Virus record (IMG/VR): IMGVR_UViG_3300038345_000251
Location: 311,248 to 375,247 of that record
DNA length: 64,000 bases
Strand: one strand, 5' to 3'
Origin: a virus
Lineage: Duplodnaviria; Heunggongvirae; Uroviricota; Caudoviricetes
Numbering within the stretch: the first letter of the stretch is position 1; the number at the start of each line of letters is the position of its first letter. The notes under the pieces are model-generated. The model was not told the DNA's origin and did no database searches. It saw nothing but the letters and a program-made list of their open reading frames with translations. Both the position numbers and the translations under genes were made by a program. This document shows, in pieces, positions 1 through 9,185 of the stretch.

Positions 1-2
1 CA

Positions 3-620
3 GAAGAACATTGGTATGAAAATAAAGTAAAAGCATCTAATTCAATATTTAAATTTGAAAATATTTCTAAAAAAGAGGCAAGAGAATTAAATCTTTATGA
101 TTATCCAAATATAAACAATCTTGACCAAAACCCAATATTAAGTAGAAATTTATATGGTAATCCAGACGAAATTGAAGCAATAAAATATGTAAATGGATAT
201 TATGGTAAATTAAAACAATTTAGATGTTTCATATTGTTGTTCAATTCTTCTGATGGAATTAATAAAGCATATCAACAACAATCATATTGGCAAGGTGGTA
301 ACAAAAACGAACTTATTATTTGTTTCGGTTTAAAACCTGATAAAACAGTTGAATGGTGTTATGCTTTTTCTTGGGAAGATGACCAACGAATGGCAATTAC
401 TATAATGAACTTATATAGAAACAATGAAAAGTTAAATATTGTTACTTTATCCAATCAAATTATTGAAAATCTTAATAAGTGGAAGCGAAAAGAGTTTTCT
501 GATTTTAAATATATTAAAGTAGAATTAACAAAAACACAATATATTATTTTATTTATATTGACATTGTTAGTTAATATTGGGATGGCGTTGTTTATTATAA
601 TGAATGAGTATGAAAATTAA
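3..620 (+). CDS. hypothetical protein, 5'-partial (reading frame open to window edge; C-terminal hydrophobic helix)
   Basis: Frame is open from nt 3 with no stop until 620. The ORF-track start at 234 is an internal TTG. C-terminus LFILTLLVNIGMALFII is TM-like. Confidence 0.45.
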   Translation, partial: EEHWYENKVKASNSIFKFENISKKEARELNLYDYPNINNLDQNPILSRNLYGNPDEIEAIKYVNGYYGKLKQFRCFILLFNSSDGINKAYQQQSYWQGGNKNELIICFGLKPDKTVEWCYAFSWEDDQRMAITIMNLYRNNEKLNIVTLSNQIIENLNKWKRKEFSDFKYIKVELTKTQYIILFILTLLVNIGMALFIIMNEYEN

Positions 621-627
621 AAATAAA

Positions 628-648
628 TTTGTATATTTGTAAAAAAAA
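628..648 (+). promoter_or_regulatory. Bacteroidetes-type promoter, -7 box TATATTTG (632-639)
   Basis: tttgTATATTTGtaaaaaaaa lies 19 nt upstream of the pncA ATG. Confidence 0.5.
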
Positions 649-657
649 CAAAAGAAT

Positions 658-1218
658 ATGAAAGTTTTAGTTGTAATTGATTGCCAAAATGATTTTATTG
701 ATGGCAGTCTTAGAAATGAAGAAGCAATTAAGAAAGTTCCTAACATTGTTAAGAAAATTAAGGAAAACGAATGGGATGCAATTTATGTAACCCAAGATAC
801 TCATGGTGAAGATTATCTTACAACACGTGAGGGTAGAAATCTTCCAGTTGTACATTGTGTAAAATATACAGATGGATGGAAGATTAATGAAGACATTAAT
901 AAAGCAATTAAAGACGCTAAATTTAATCGTAATATTAATGTTGTCTATATTCATAAACCAACGTTTGGTTCTAAAACATTGAAGCAAATGATTGAAGAAG
1001 AATTTAAGTACACGAAACCTGAAGAGTTATATATTGAATTTTGCGGTTTTTGTACAGATATTTGTGTGATAAGTAATGTACTTCTTGTTAAAGAAGCACT
1101 TTATGAAAATGCAGATATTACTGTTGATGCTTCTTGTTGTGCAGGTGTAACACCTGAATCACATAATGCAGCACTTCTTACAATGAAGATGTGCCAAATA
1201 AAGGTAATTAATGAGTAA
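658..1218 (+). CDS. pncA: nicotinamidase (PncA), isochorismatase/cysteine-hydrolase family
   Basis: VLVVIDCQNDF, QDTHG, VVHCV (metal-binding D/H/H), IHK (catalytic Lys) and GFCTDICV (nucleophile Cys) align with E. coli PncA motifs. A promoter-like TATATTTG lies 19 nt upstream. Confidence 0.8.
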   Translation: MKVLVVIDCQNDFIDGSLRNEEAIKKVPNIVKKIKENEWDAIYVTQDTHGEDYLTTREGRNLPVVHCVKYTDGWKINEDINKAIKDAKFNRNINVVYIHKPTFGSKTLKQMIEEEFKYTKPEELYIEFCGFCTDICVISNVLLVKEALYENADITVDASCCAGVTPESHNAALLTMKMCQIKVINE

Positions 1219-1220
1219 AT

Positions 1221-1509
1221 ATGACTAAAGAAACATTAGATAAGGTTCTTGAAGAACTTGAAATAAGTGCTGTAGCATTTTGAATCACCGTCATATCTTA
1301 ATGCAATTATTGGTATATCACATGATGATAGATTGATTTATGATTATGATAAAATGATTGACTGTCTTGTTGAAGAAGATGGTATGTCATATGAAGAAGC
1401 AATGGAGTTTATTGATTATAATACAATAAGAGCACTTCCATATTATCCAAATGGACCAATTATTTTAATGCGACCAGCACCGTTGGAAGTAGAATTAGAT
1501 GAACAATGA
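1221..1509 (+). other. small gene in two frames: ORF A 1221..1283 (20 aa) ends at TTT TGA, and ORF B continues in the +1 frame to 1509. Candidate programmed +1 frameshift or a disrupted gene
   Basis: gca ttt tga atc at 1275-1286. The +1 frame is open from 1282 to the TGA at 1507-1509. The joined product would be about 96 aa. Confidence 0.25.
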
Positions 1510-1600
1510 AAGGAATAAATTTATTTTAACAATTTTTTCCTAATTAAATCAATCTTTTTTAGATTTCTTAAATATTTATTAACAGGTAAATATTTAAGAA

Positions 1601-2400
1601 ATGAAAAAAATCAATGTTAACAATTTAATAGAAGAATTAAAAAATGTTCATAATAACAAATATGATTATTCAGAGGTAGAATATAAAAATTGGAGAACCA
1701 AGGTTTGTATAATATGTCCAGAGCACGGAGAATTTTGGCAAACATTATACAATCATGCAAAAGGACAAGGTTGTCCTAAATGTGGAAAAATAAATTGTTC
1801 TAATAAATTGTCATTAACAACAGAAGAATTTATTAAACGTGCAAGAGAAGTTCATGGAGATAAATATGATTATTCTAAAGTTGAATATGTAAATAATCAT
1901 AGCAAAGTATGTATAATATGCCCAGAGCACGGAGAATTTTGGCAAATACCAGCAAACCATTTAAATGGTTGTGATTGCCCTAAATGTAAAAACAATTTTA
2001 AAAAGAATACAGAAGAATTTATTAAACGTGCAAGAGAAGTTCATGGAGATAAATATGATTATTCAAAAGTTAATTATATTAATAACCGAACAAAGGTATG
2101 TATAATATGTCCAGAGCACGGAGAATTTTGGCAAACGCCAAATAAACATTTGTCGGGTCAACATTGTCCTTATTGTACACTAAATAAAAAATTAGAAAAA
2201 ATAGAATTTATTGACAAAGCAAGAGGAATACATGGCAACAGATATGATTATTCAAAAGTTAATTATATTAATAACCGAACAAAAGTATGTATAATATGTC
2301 CAGAGCACGGAGAATTTTGGCAAACGCCAGCAAATCATTTAAGTAATCATGGATGTCCAAAGTGTAAAGAAAAACAAAGTAAACTTGAAAAAGAAATAAA
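1601..2400 (+). repeat. four tandem ~195-bp in-frame coding repeats (e.g. tgtccagagcacggagaattttggcaaac), near-identical to repeats in 44762..45720 and 47900..48800
   Basis: The 29-mer recurs at about 1715, 1916, 2110 and 2297. Stretches of more than 50 bp are identical between 1811-1870, 2011-2070 and 45171-45230. Confidence 0.8.
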
Positions 2401-2719
2401 AAAAATATTAGATGAAGAAAAAATAATATATATTTTTCAATATAAAAAAGAATGGTTAAAATTTAAAAACCAAATGTCTTTAGATTTTTATTTACCTGAT
2501 TATAATATAGCGATTGAATGTCAAGGTGAACAACATTTTAAACCAATATATTATTTTGGTGGAGAGAAAGAATTTAAAATTGTCCAAAAAAGAGATAAAT
2601 TAAAAAAAATGTTATGTGAAAAAAATAATATTAAACTTTTATATTATAGTGATAAAAAGTATGATAACGAAATAATAACAGAAATAAATGAATTATTAAA
2701 AAGGATAAAAAATGTGTAA
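1601..2719 (+). CDS. homing endonuclease paralog 1: four tandem ~65-aa zinc-ribbon modules ([23 protein letters not shown]) plus a C-terminal Vsr/DUF559-like PD-(D/E)XK nuclease domain ([20 protein letters not shown])
   Basis: Internal repeats are seen in both protein and DNA. The C-terminal motif matches the DUF559/Vsr-like endonuclease signature. Paralogs lie at 44762 and 47817. Confidence 0.7.
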   Translation: MKKINVNNLIEELKNVHNNKYDYSEVEYKNWRTKVCIICPEHGEFWQTLYNHAKGQGCPKCGKINCSNKLSLTTEEFIKRAREVHGDKYDYSKVEYVNNHSKVCIICPEHGEFWQIPANHLNGCDCPKCKNNFKKNTEEFIKRAREVHGDKYDYSKVNYINNRTKVCIICPEHGEFWQTPNKHLSGQHCPYCTLNKKLEKIEFIDKARGIHGNRYDYSKVNYINNRTKVCIICPEHGEFWQTPANHLSNHGCPKCKEKQSKLEKEIKKILDEEKIIYIFQYKKEWLKFKNQMSLDFYLPDYNIAIECQGEQHFKPIYYFGGEKEFKIVQKRDKLKKMLCEKNNIKLLYYSDKKYDNEIITEINELLKRIKNV

Positions 2720-3638
2720 AGGTATTGTTTTAGCTGGTGGCACAGGTAGTAGACTTTTTCCTATAACAAAAGGTATACCAAAATCTTTAATTCCATTATA
2801 TGACAAACCCATTGTATATTACCCACTATCAGTACTTATGCTTGCTGATATAAAGGATATACTTATTATAACTACACCCGAAGATGCAGATTCTTTCAAA
2901 CGTCTTTTAGGTGATGGTTCTAATTTTGGTGTTAATTTATCTTATGCTGAACAGCCAACACCAGGTGGTTTAGCACAAGCATTTATTATTGGTGAAGAAT
3001 TTATTGGTGATGATGCATCATGTATGATTCTTGGTGACAATATTTTTCAAGGACCTGGTTTAAGGGAAAAATTATTATTTGCAAAATCTATTGCTGAAGG
3101 TGAAGTAGTTCCAAGAGCAGTTGTTTTCGGTTATGAAGTTTCAGACCCAGAAAGATATGGAGTTGCTGAAATTTCAAGAGTGACTGAAGATGGTATGTTA
3201 TGGAGTGTTCATTCACTTGAAGAAAAACCATTAAAACCAAAATCAAATATTGCGGTTACTGGATTGTATTTTTATCCACCAGGTGTATCTGAAATTGCTA
3301 AAATAATTAAACCATCTGAGAGAGGTGAACTTGAAATAACAGAACTTAATAGGTTATATAACAATACTGTTGCAAATGATGGCTATACGATGTTAGATTT
3401 GATTCTACTTGGTAGAGGTTTTGCTTGGCTTGATACAGGAACATTTGACAGTTTATCTGAAGCATCTAATTATATTGAAACTATACAGAAAAGACAGGGT
3501 TTAAAAGTATCATGTCTTGAAGAGATTGCATATAATAATGGATGGATTACTAAAGATAAATTGTGGGAAATTGGAGAATCAATGCAAAAAAATGAATATG
3601 GTAAATATCTTATGAAACTTGCATACAAATCAGTTTAA
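2712..3638 (+). CDS. rmlA: glucose-1-phosphate thymidylyltransferase (RmlA/RfbA)
   Basis: N-terminus [43 protein letters not shown] closely matches the RmlA signature. Length is 308 aa. Confidence 0.85.
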   Translation: MCKGIVLAGGTGSRLFPITKGIPKSLIPLYDKPIVYYPLSVLMLADIKDILIITTPEDADSFKRLLGDGSNFGVNLSYAEQPTPGGLAQAFIIGEEFIGDDASCMILGDNIFQGPGLREKLLFAKSIAEGEVVPRAVVFGYEVSDPERYGVAEISRVTEDGMLWSVHSLEEKPLKPKSNIAVTGLYFYPPGVSEIAKIIKPSERGELEITELNRLYNNTVANDGYTMLDLILLGRGFAWLDTGTFDSLSEASNYIETIQKRQGLKVSCLEEIAYNNGWITKDKLWEIGESMQKNEYGKYLMKLAYKSV

Positions 3639-3683
3639 TAAAATATTTATATATAAATAATTAGATAAAAAAAGTATTTATAT

Positions 3684-5156
3684 ATGGCTGGTTTTGTAAA
3701 AAGAAATTGGGGTGGAGCACCTGCTAAACCACAGCAAGCACAAGGAGCAGCAAATGGTCCAACTTCAACTAACCCTTGGAGTTTAAGTGTTAAATTTGCT
3801 GATTATACAGAGAAAGGAAATTTGGAATTTAAAGTTTCAGGATTTTATTTTAAAGATGTTTTCACATTAAACAATATAAGTCCTAATGTATTTAAATTTA
3901 GTCAAAACGGTAAAACTTTAATTGTAACTTCTAAAGTTGATGCATTTTTACAAGTATTACCTACGTTAGAAAGTGAGTTAAAAAAACTTAATCACTATAA
4001 AGATAGTTCTATTGACAATTTTTCTGATAACATCGAAAAAGCGTTACAATTAGCACCAACACAAGAAGAACTTAAAGCAAATAATACTGCTATTATAACT
4101 AACTGGAAACAGTTACTTCAGACATTAAATGACCCTGAAACTAAACAGAAATTCTTGTTATTCCAAACAACATACACTTGTCAAAGTGATTGGAAAAAAT
4201 GTGCATTGTCACCTGCAAATGTTGTAGAAGTTAGACTTGCTGACCCTTTGGCAAGTTTCGTTACTGATGCTAACACGTGGTTAACAGAATTTAACAGAAA
4301 AGTACAACCTGGTTCACCTTTTGTTATTATTACAAAACCTGATACTCCTTGGCCACCAAGAGATAAACTTGATGCTGAAGCAAAAAAACAAGGTTATAAA
4401 AACTATAGTGCAATGATGAATGATGAAAATGGTAGAAAATTAGCATTTGGTATCAGAAAAGACCTTGCACAACGTTTGAATTTAGCAACTAGTTTTTATA
4501 AAGCAAAAGTTTATGACGTTAGATTTACCGTTCCTATTGACCCAAGTAACGATAAATTCCTTAAAGTTGCTAACTTAGTTAATAACTTAACAGGTGAACT
4601 TAACCAAGCAGCAAAAGAATATCTTAGAGTAAAAGCATATAAAGAAGGTGCACCACAACCTGATGTTGATGCTAAAAAAGAAGGTATTCAAACACCTGAA
4701 GAATTATTAAAATATAAAGACTTCATTATTAAAAAGTGTGCTGCAAAGAAAATTACAATTCCTGATGTTGGTTCAACAGAAGATGTAATTGCAAATGCTA
4801 TTTATACATACGCATATAAGACAGCTGAAGCATATAATGTATTGTCACCTAAAGCTAAACAAGCTTTTGCATCAGCCGTTCTTTATAGTGTTGCTAAAAC
4901 AATTAACTTAAAAACTTCACAAGTATCACAAGCAGTAAAAATCTTTGATTCTTTAAGTACTGAAGAAGTTGAAGAAGTTGCACAAAAAACATTTGAAACA
5001 TTTAAACAATTGGCTAATTTCTCAGTTAGTGAAGCAGTTGGTGATGGTTTAATGTCATTTGATGATTATCGTAATTTACTTATGAGTTTGTTACCAAACA
5101 AAAATAGAATCAAGAAAAATTTCGATGATTTTAATGATAGAATGAACAATATTTAA
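3684..5156 (+). CDS. hypothetical protein (490 aa)
   Basis: Long ORF with phage-like codon usage. No motif recognised. Confidence 0.55.
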   Translation: MAGFVKRNWGGAPAKPQQAQGAANGPTSTNPWSLSVKFADYTEKGNLEFKVSGFYFKDVFTLNNISPNVFKFSQNGKTLIVTSKVDAFLQVLPTLESELKKLNHYKDSSIDNFSDNIEKALQLAPTQEELKANNTAIITNWKQLLQTLNDPETKQKFLLFQTTYTCQSDWKKCALSPANVVEVRLADPLASFVTDANTWLTEFNRKVQPGSPFVIITKPDTPWPPRDKLDAEAKKQGYKNYSAMMNDENGRKLAFGIRKDLAQRLNLATSFYKAKVYDVRFTVPIDPSNDKFLKVANLVNNLTGELNQAAKEYLRVKAYKEGAPQPDVDAKKEGIQTPEELLKYKDFIIKKCAAKKITIPDVGSTEDVIANAIYTYAYKTAEAYNVLSPKAKQAFASAVLYSVAKTINLKTSQVSQAVKIFDSLSTEEVEEVAQKTFETFKQLANFSVSEAVGDGLMSFDDYRNLLMSLLPNKNRIKKNFDDFNDRMNNI

Positions 5157-5158
5157 TT

Positions 5159-7147
5159 ATGTACACATATACAGTAGGTAAAAAAAGTCAAATTGATAGT
5201 GTTTTCACTAATGGTTATAGTAGACAGTTTGCAGGTGATGCAGAAGGTGTAGACTATGGTATTGGCGTGTATTGTAATATATCATATAATGATAAAGAAA
5301 CACCAAGAGAATCATTAGGAAGATATAGTAGAGACCCACAAAATAATTGTATATTTAGAAATGAATTAGAAGGTGGTCTTGACAGATTTTTGATTTTTGA
5401 TGAACGTTTTGCTAGAAAGGTATATGGGGAACATTATTTCATTAAAGACCAAGTGTATCGTCTTTTTCCTAAAGATGTTGCTGATGATTTGTGGAAAGAT
5501 ATAAAGTGGTATATGTCTTTAGATACTTCTTCACAAGGCAATGGAAACCATATGAATGGTAGAACCTCTGGCTTATTACAATTTATGATGTCAAAACATC
5601 TTAGAGGAAATGTTGCAAACCCTAAAAAATATGAAAACATTTTTGGAAAATATAACGTTAGAGGTGCAATATATAGAGGTAGAGGAGATGGTTTTTGTAT
5701 GGTTGTTTATAACTACGATGAAATTAAACCTGTTGCATATTCAGTTGATGGTGGTAGAACATATCTTAAGAAAAACGTAAAATATACATATCCTGATATT
5801 GTAAGAAGATTAAGACATTTATATAAAAAAATAGATTTTCCAATTGCGATACAAGGTGATGATAGGATATATTATTTTGCAAAAGTTCAGAAAAAGAATG
5901 GTAAATGGAACTATGTTGATGCTACAACACAAGAAGAAATATCTGTAGTAGATTTTGATTCTTGTACATCTATTAATCCTAATAATGGAATGTTTCAAAT
6001 TGAATATAATGGTAAATTCTATAATGCTTGTCCCGATGGGTTTTTTGATAGTGAAGATGAAGGACATACATGGGATGAATTACCATTATTTGATGAAGAC
6101 ATTGATAGTTTAGATGAAGATACAAAACGTTTTAATAAACTTTTGGTAGAAAGTTTTAAAAATGTTTTAAGTGATTATAATATGTTTTCAGAAATCTTGA
6201 ACGAAATTCGTGATGAGGAAAACGATGTAGATGAAGTTTCATATTATCATTATAATGTTCCTGATTTGTCTTATTTTGATTCTTCAGATGTTCCATCTAT
6301 CTATCACGTAACCAAAGAAGGAAATGTTGAAGATATTTTTAGAAATGGCTTTGATAGAGAATTCTTAAGTGTATATGCTTATGGGAAAGGTGTATATGCT
6401 GCCTATGATGTTGCAAATGGTAGAAATCAAATTCCTAGTTATGGAACAGCAATGTTACAGTTAAAACTTATTGGTGGTTATGATAGATTTTTAATTTTTC
6501 CTAATAGTGATAACACTAAAAGACTTGCAATTAAATATTATGGAAATAATTATGATATTTTAAGCCAATTGAAATCTTTTTTACCTGAAAGGATTGCAAT
6601 AGAAGTATATGGCGCATGTGGCAGTAGTATTGAAGGATATTCACATTACGCAAGTAAATATCATATACGTGGTGCTGTCTATCAATGGGGAAGAACAATC
6701 GCAGTATTACCATATGACTTTTCAACAGTTGTTCCATATGCTGTTTCATATGATGGTGGTAAAACATTTAAAAAGAAAATTAATAATAGAAGTTGGCAAC
6801 GTTTTTTAACAAATATTGATGTTGAATGGAGATATAGCAGACAATATAAAAAAATCGAAAAACCAATTTTAGGATATAATAGTGAAGGACAAGAAACTGG
6901 TTACGCAAAAGTTCAGAAAAAAAATGGTAAATGGAATTACATTGACATTCAGACAGGTAATGAAGAATTACCATTTGATTTTGATTCATTAACAAGTCTT
7001 AATCCAGAAACAGGTGATTTCCAAGCAGAATATAAAGGAAATATATTAAATGCTTGTTTTGACGGATTTTATGATAACGATGGTGATGGTCATACATGGA
7101 ATGAACTTGATTCATATCTTAATAATCAAAATGATTTAGATTTATAA
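5159..7147 (+). CDS. internally duplicated protein (two ~330-aa halves). Each half carries a PARP-like ADP-ribosyltransferase motif set and a C-terminal WG-like beta module
   Basis: The halves align (GGLDRFLIF / GGYDRFLIF; YAKVQKKNGKWNY in both). Second half: YHVTKEGNVEDIFRNGF resembles the PARP1 HGSRTTNFAGILSQGL motif with matching H/N/I/G spacing, and YGKGVYAAYD resembles FGKGIYFAD. First half: YNYDEI resembles the catalytic YNEYIV motif. Confidence 0.4.
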   Translation: MYTYTVGKKSQIDSVFTNGYSRQFAGDAEGVDYGIGVYCNISYNDKETPRESLGRYSRDPQNNCIFRNELEGGLDRFLIFDERFARKVYGEHYFIKDQVYRLFPKDVADDLWKDIKWYMSLDTSSQGNGNHMNGRTSGLLQFMMSKHLRGNVANPKKYENIFGKYNVRGAIYRGRGDGFCMVVYNYDEIKPVAYSVDGGRTYLKKNVKYTYPDIVRRLRHLYKKIDFPIAIQGDDRIYYFAKVQKKNGKWNYVDATTQEEISVVDFDSCTSINPNNGMFQIEYNGKFYNACPDGFFDSEDEGHTWDELPLFDEDIDSLDEDTKRFNKLLVESFKNVLSDYNMFSEILNEIRDEENDVDEVSYYHYNVPDLSYFDSSDVPSIYHVTKEGNVEDIFRNGFDREFLSVYAYGKGVYAAYDVANGRNQIPSYGTAMLQLKLIGGYDRFLIFPNSDNTKRLAIKYYGNNYDILSQLKSFLPERIAIEVYGACGSSIEGYSHYASKYHIRGAVYQWGRTIAVLPYDFSTVVPYAVSYDGGKTFKKKINNRSWQRFLTNIDVEWRYSRQYKKIEKPILGYNSEGQETGYAKVQKKNGKWNYIDIQTGNEELPFDFDSLTSLNPETGDFQAEYKGNILNACFDGFYDNDGDGHTWNELDSYLNNQNDLDL

Positions 7148-7149
7148 AC

Positions 7150-7263
7150 ACTAGGGAATGATATACTTGTTTACACTTTCTATCTCAGTGTTTCATAGGG
7201 TTTGTAACCTCTTCCCTTCACACCATACAGATGTTCCCTCACCTGTTTTTAATTCATTTATTA
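7150..7263 (-). ncRNA. putative TnpB omega-RNA (reRNA) / right-end region
   Basis: Non-coding, GC-richer segment immediately 3' of tnpB on the - strand. This is the canonical position of the omega-RNA scaffold. Confidence 0.3.
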
Positions 7264-8391
7264 TTAAGTACCTATGAGATTCTGTTTCTCTAAGGCTATT
7301 GTTTTTATATTAATGGCAGCATTAATATCTCTATCATGTACCTTTCCACATTCAGGACATATCCACTCTCTATCTGATAATTTCAAATCATTGTTGATAT
7401 ATCCACAATTGTGGCATAACTTGCTACTTGGTTCAAACCTGCCTATAAATACAATGTTATTCCCATACCATTCAGATTTATATTCCAACTCTCTAATAAA
7501 TTCACTCCAAGCAGCATCAGTAATTGCTTTTGCAAGATTATGATTTTGTTCCATTCCCTTTACATTCAAGTCCTCTAAACATATGGTATCAAATCTCTTA
7601 ACTAAATCTGTAGATAACTTCTGTATGAAATCAGTTCTTTGATTTGTTATTTTCCTATATGTTTTTGCTACTTTTATCCTTGCTTTTTCACGGTTTTTAC
7701 TACCTTGCTTGGTTCTTGCAAAGCATTTTTGCCAATGAGCAAGCATCTTTTGTAATTTATCCAAATGTTTTGGATTACTGTATTTAGTGCCATCAGATAA
7801 TATGGCATAATCCTTTATTCCTAAATCAATACCAACTGCTGTTTCTGTTGCAATTGGCTTCTTTTGTTGGTTAGGTTGTTGATTATCAATCAACACTGAT
7901 AACCAATAAGTACCACATTTATCTTTAGATACAGTTACAGTACCTTGTTTACAAGTATTTTGATTCCAAGTTCTGTTCTTACATAAATCAACCCAACCCA
8001 ATTTAGGCAACTTTACTTTCCAATTATCAAAATCAAAATGTACTGAATTAATAAACTTAATACTATCTTTAGATTTCTTTTTTGATTTAAAGTTAGGGTA
8101 TTTTGTTTTTTTTCTAAAGAAAGCAGTGAATGCTGATTCAAGATTTCTAAGTGACTGTTGTAGTCCTTCATTAGTACAGGTATTCAACCATTGATAATCT
8201 TGTTGTTGTTTAAGTTGTGTTAGTTGTTTAGCAAGATGCATATATGTCAATGAACTACCATTTTCTTTATAAGCATTTGTTTTTTGTTCCAATCCCCAGT
8301 TGTAAATGAATCTAGTACAGCCAAAGAATTGAGATAACAATGCTTGTTGTTTATCATTTGGTTTTATTTTGAACTTATATGCTTTAATCAT
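7264..8391 (-). CDS. tnpB: TnpB (OrfB) RNA-guided nuclease of the IS200/IS605 family
   Basis: N-terminus MIKAYKFKIKPNDKQ. C-terminal zinc finger CHNCGYINNDLKLSDREWICPECGKVHDRDINAAINIK. The true start is at 8391, since the ORF-track start at 8466 adds an unlikely leader. Confidence 0.85.
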   Translation of the reverse strand: MIKAYKFKIKPNDKQQALLSQFFGCTRFIYNWGLEQKTNAYKENGSSLTYMHLAKQLTQLKQQQDYQWLNTCTNEGLQQSLRNLESAFTAFFRKKTKYPNFKSKKKSKDSIKFINSVHFDFDNWKVKLPKLGWVDLCKNRTWNQNTCKQGTVTVSKDKCGTYWLSVLIDNQQPNQQKKPIATETAVGIDLGIKDYAILSDGTKYSNPKHLDKLQKMLAHWQKCFARTKQGSKNREKARIKVAKTYRKITNQRTDFIQKLSTDLVKRFDTICLEDLNVKGMEQNHNLAKAITDAAWSEFIRELEYKSEWYGNNIVFIGRFEPSSKLCHNCGYINNDLKLSDREWICPECGKVHDRDINAAINIKTIALEKQNLIGT

Positions 8392-8536
8392 AATGTATAT
8401 ATGTATTACTATATATAAATAGTAAATTAAAGTCGAAAAGTCAATATTTACTTTAATTATTTTCAAAAAATTAAGGTGGATTTAGTGTAAACATGTATAT
8501 TATTTCCATATTTAATTTATGTTAATGCAGGGAATG

Positions 8537-8568
8537 TTTGATTCTCTGCATTTTTTTTTGTACTTTTG
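8537..8568 (+). promoter_or_regulatory. promoter: TTTG (8537-8540), N20, TACTTTTG (8561-8568)
   Basis: Matches the Bacteroides sigma-A consensus TTTG-N19-21-TAnnTTTG, upstream of rmlC. Confidence 0.55.
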
Positions 8569-8579
8569 TAAAAAAAGTT

Positions 8580-9185
8580 ATGTTATCTTATAATCAAATA
8601 TGTGGTTTTAATGGTTTATATATCTTAGAACCAAAAAAGTTTCTTGATGATAGAGGGTATTTTCAAGAATTATTTAACAAAGACGAATTTGAAAACTATA
8701 CTAACATTAAATTTCAACCTGTTCAAGAAAATGAAAGTTCATCTAAGGCAGGTGTTGTTAGAGGATTACATTTTCAAAAAGGTGATTTTGAACAAGCAAA
8801 ACTTGTAAAATGTTTTAGAGGTGCAATTATTGATGTCGCACTTGATTTAAGAAAAGATTCTTTTTCTTATGGAAAATTGTTCAGTACAGTACTTTCAGAA
8901 AAGAACAATAAGCAATTGTTTATCCCTAGAGGCTATGCACATGGTTTCATAGCACTTGATGAAAATACTGATAATGTAATTAGATATTTAACTGATAATC
9001 CATATTCGCCTAATGATGAAGATGGTGTTTTATTTGATAGTGAATATCTTAATCTTGCTTTTAAAAATGCTATTTGTGATGAATTTCCAAAAGGAATAGC
9101 AGAAAAATTTTTGAATTATGATTTAACGTTTTCCGAAAAAGATTTAACATTCAAAGAATGGGATAGTTACTATGAGAAAGGATAA
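8580..9185 (+). CDS. rmlC: dTDP-4-dehydrorhamnose 3,5-epimerase (RmlC), cupin fold
   Basis: RGLHFQ and FIPRGYAHGF motifs. The start at 8580 lies just downstream of a TTTG-N20-TACTTTTG promoter at 8537-8568. The ORF-track start at 8538 would include the promoter. Confidence 0.8.
   Translation: MLSYNQICGFNGLYILEPKKFLDDRGYFQELFNKDEFENYTNIKFQPVQENESSSKAGVVRGLHFQKGDFEQAKLVKCFRGAIIDVALDLRKDSFSYGKLFSTVLSEKNNKQLFIPRGYAHGFIALDENTDNVIRYLTDNPYSPNDEDGVLFDSEYLNLAFKNAICDEFPKGIAEKFLNYDLTFSEKDLTFKEWDSYYEKG

Larger units (their letters stand above)
7150..8536 (-). mobile_element. IS200/IS605-family TnpB-only element (approximate limits) inserted between the ART-like gene and rmlC
   Basis: TnpB ORF plus flanking non-coding ends. 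The 8-mer AGGGAATG occurs at both borders (7153-7160 and 8529-8536). Confidence 0.5.

Noticed and set aside
667-987. Antisense ORFs of 60 to 156 aa embedded within strongly supported sense genes (e.g. 667..987, 5434..5640, 5819..6067, 10275..10529, 10726..11052, 12370..12669, 25168..25524, 28295..28738, 30285..30638, 34281..34601, 46138..46608, 53455..53715)
   Set aside because: They overlap genes with clear homology on the other strand. Their sequences are low-complexity (Ile/Phe/Leu/Lys-rich), as expected from stop-poor antisense frames of AT-rich DNA. None has a promoter motif or recognisable domain.
1601-2400. Possible CRISPR array suggested by the regularly spaced repeats
   Set aside because: The repeats are ~195 bp apart, in frame, and encode the zinc-ribbon modules of the homing endonucleases. 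There are no short direct repeats with unique spacers and no cas genes.
7153-8536. AGGGAATG 8-mer at both TnpB borders as a definite target-site duplication
   Set aside because: IS200/IS605 elements typically do not generate target-site duplications, and an 8-mer can recur by chance in 64 kb. It is kept only as a boundary hint within the TnpB finding.
8538-8579. Upstream extensions of rmlC (start 8538), 9532, 27666, 33188 and 48852 as given by the ORF track
   Set aside because: The extensions would translate through the TTTG/TAnnTTTG promoter elements, several begin with TTG or GTG, and they add hydrophobic junk N-termini. The downstream ATGs were chosen instead.
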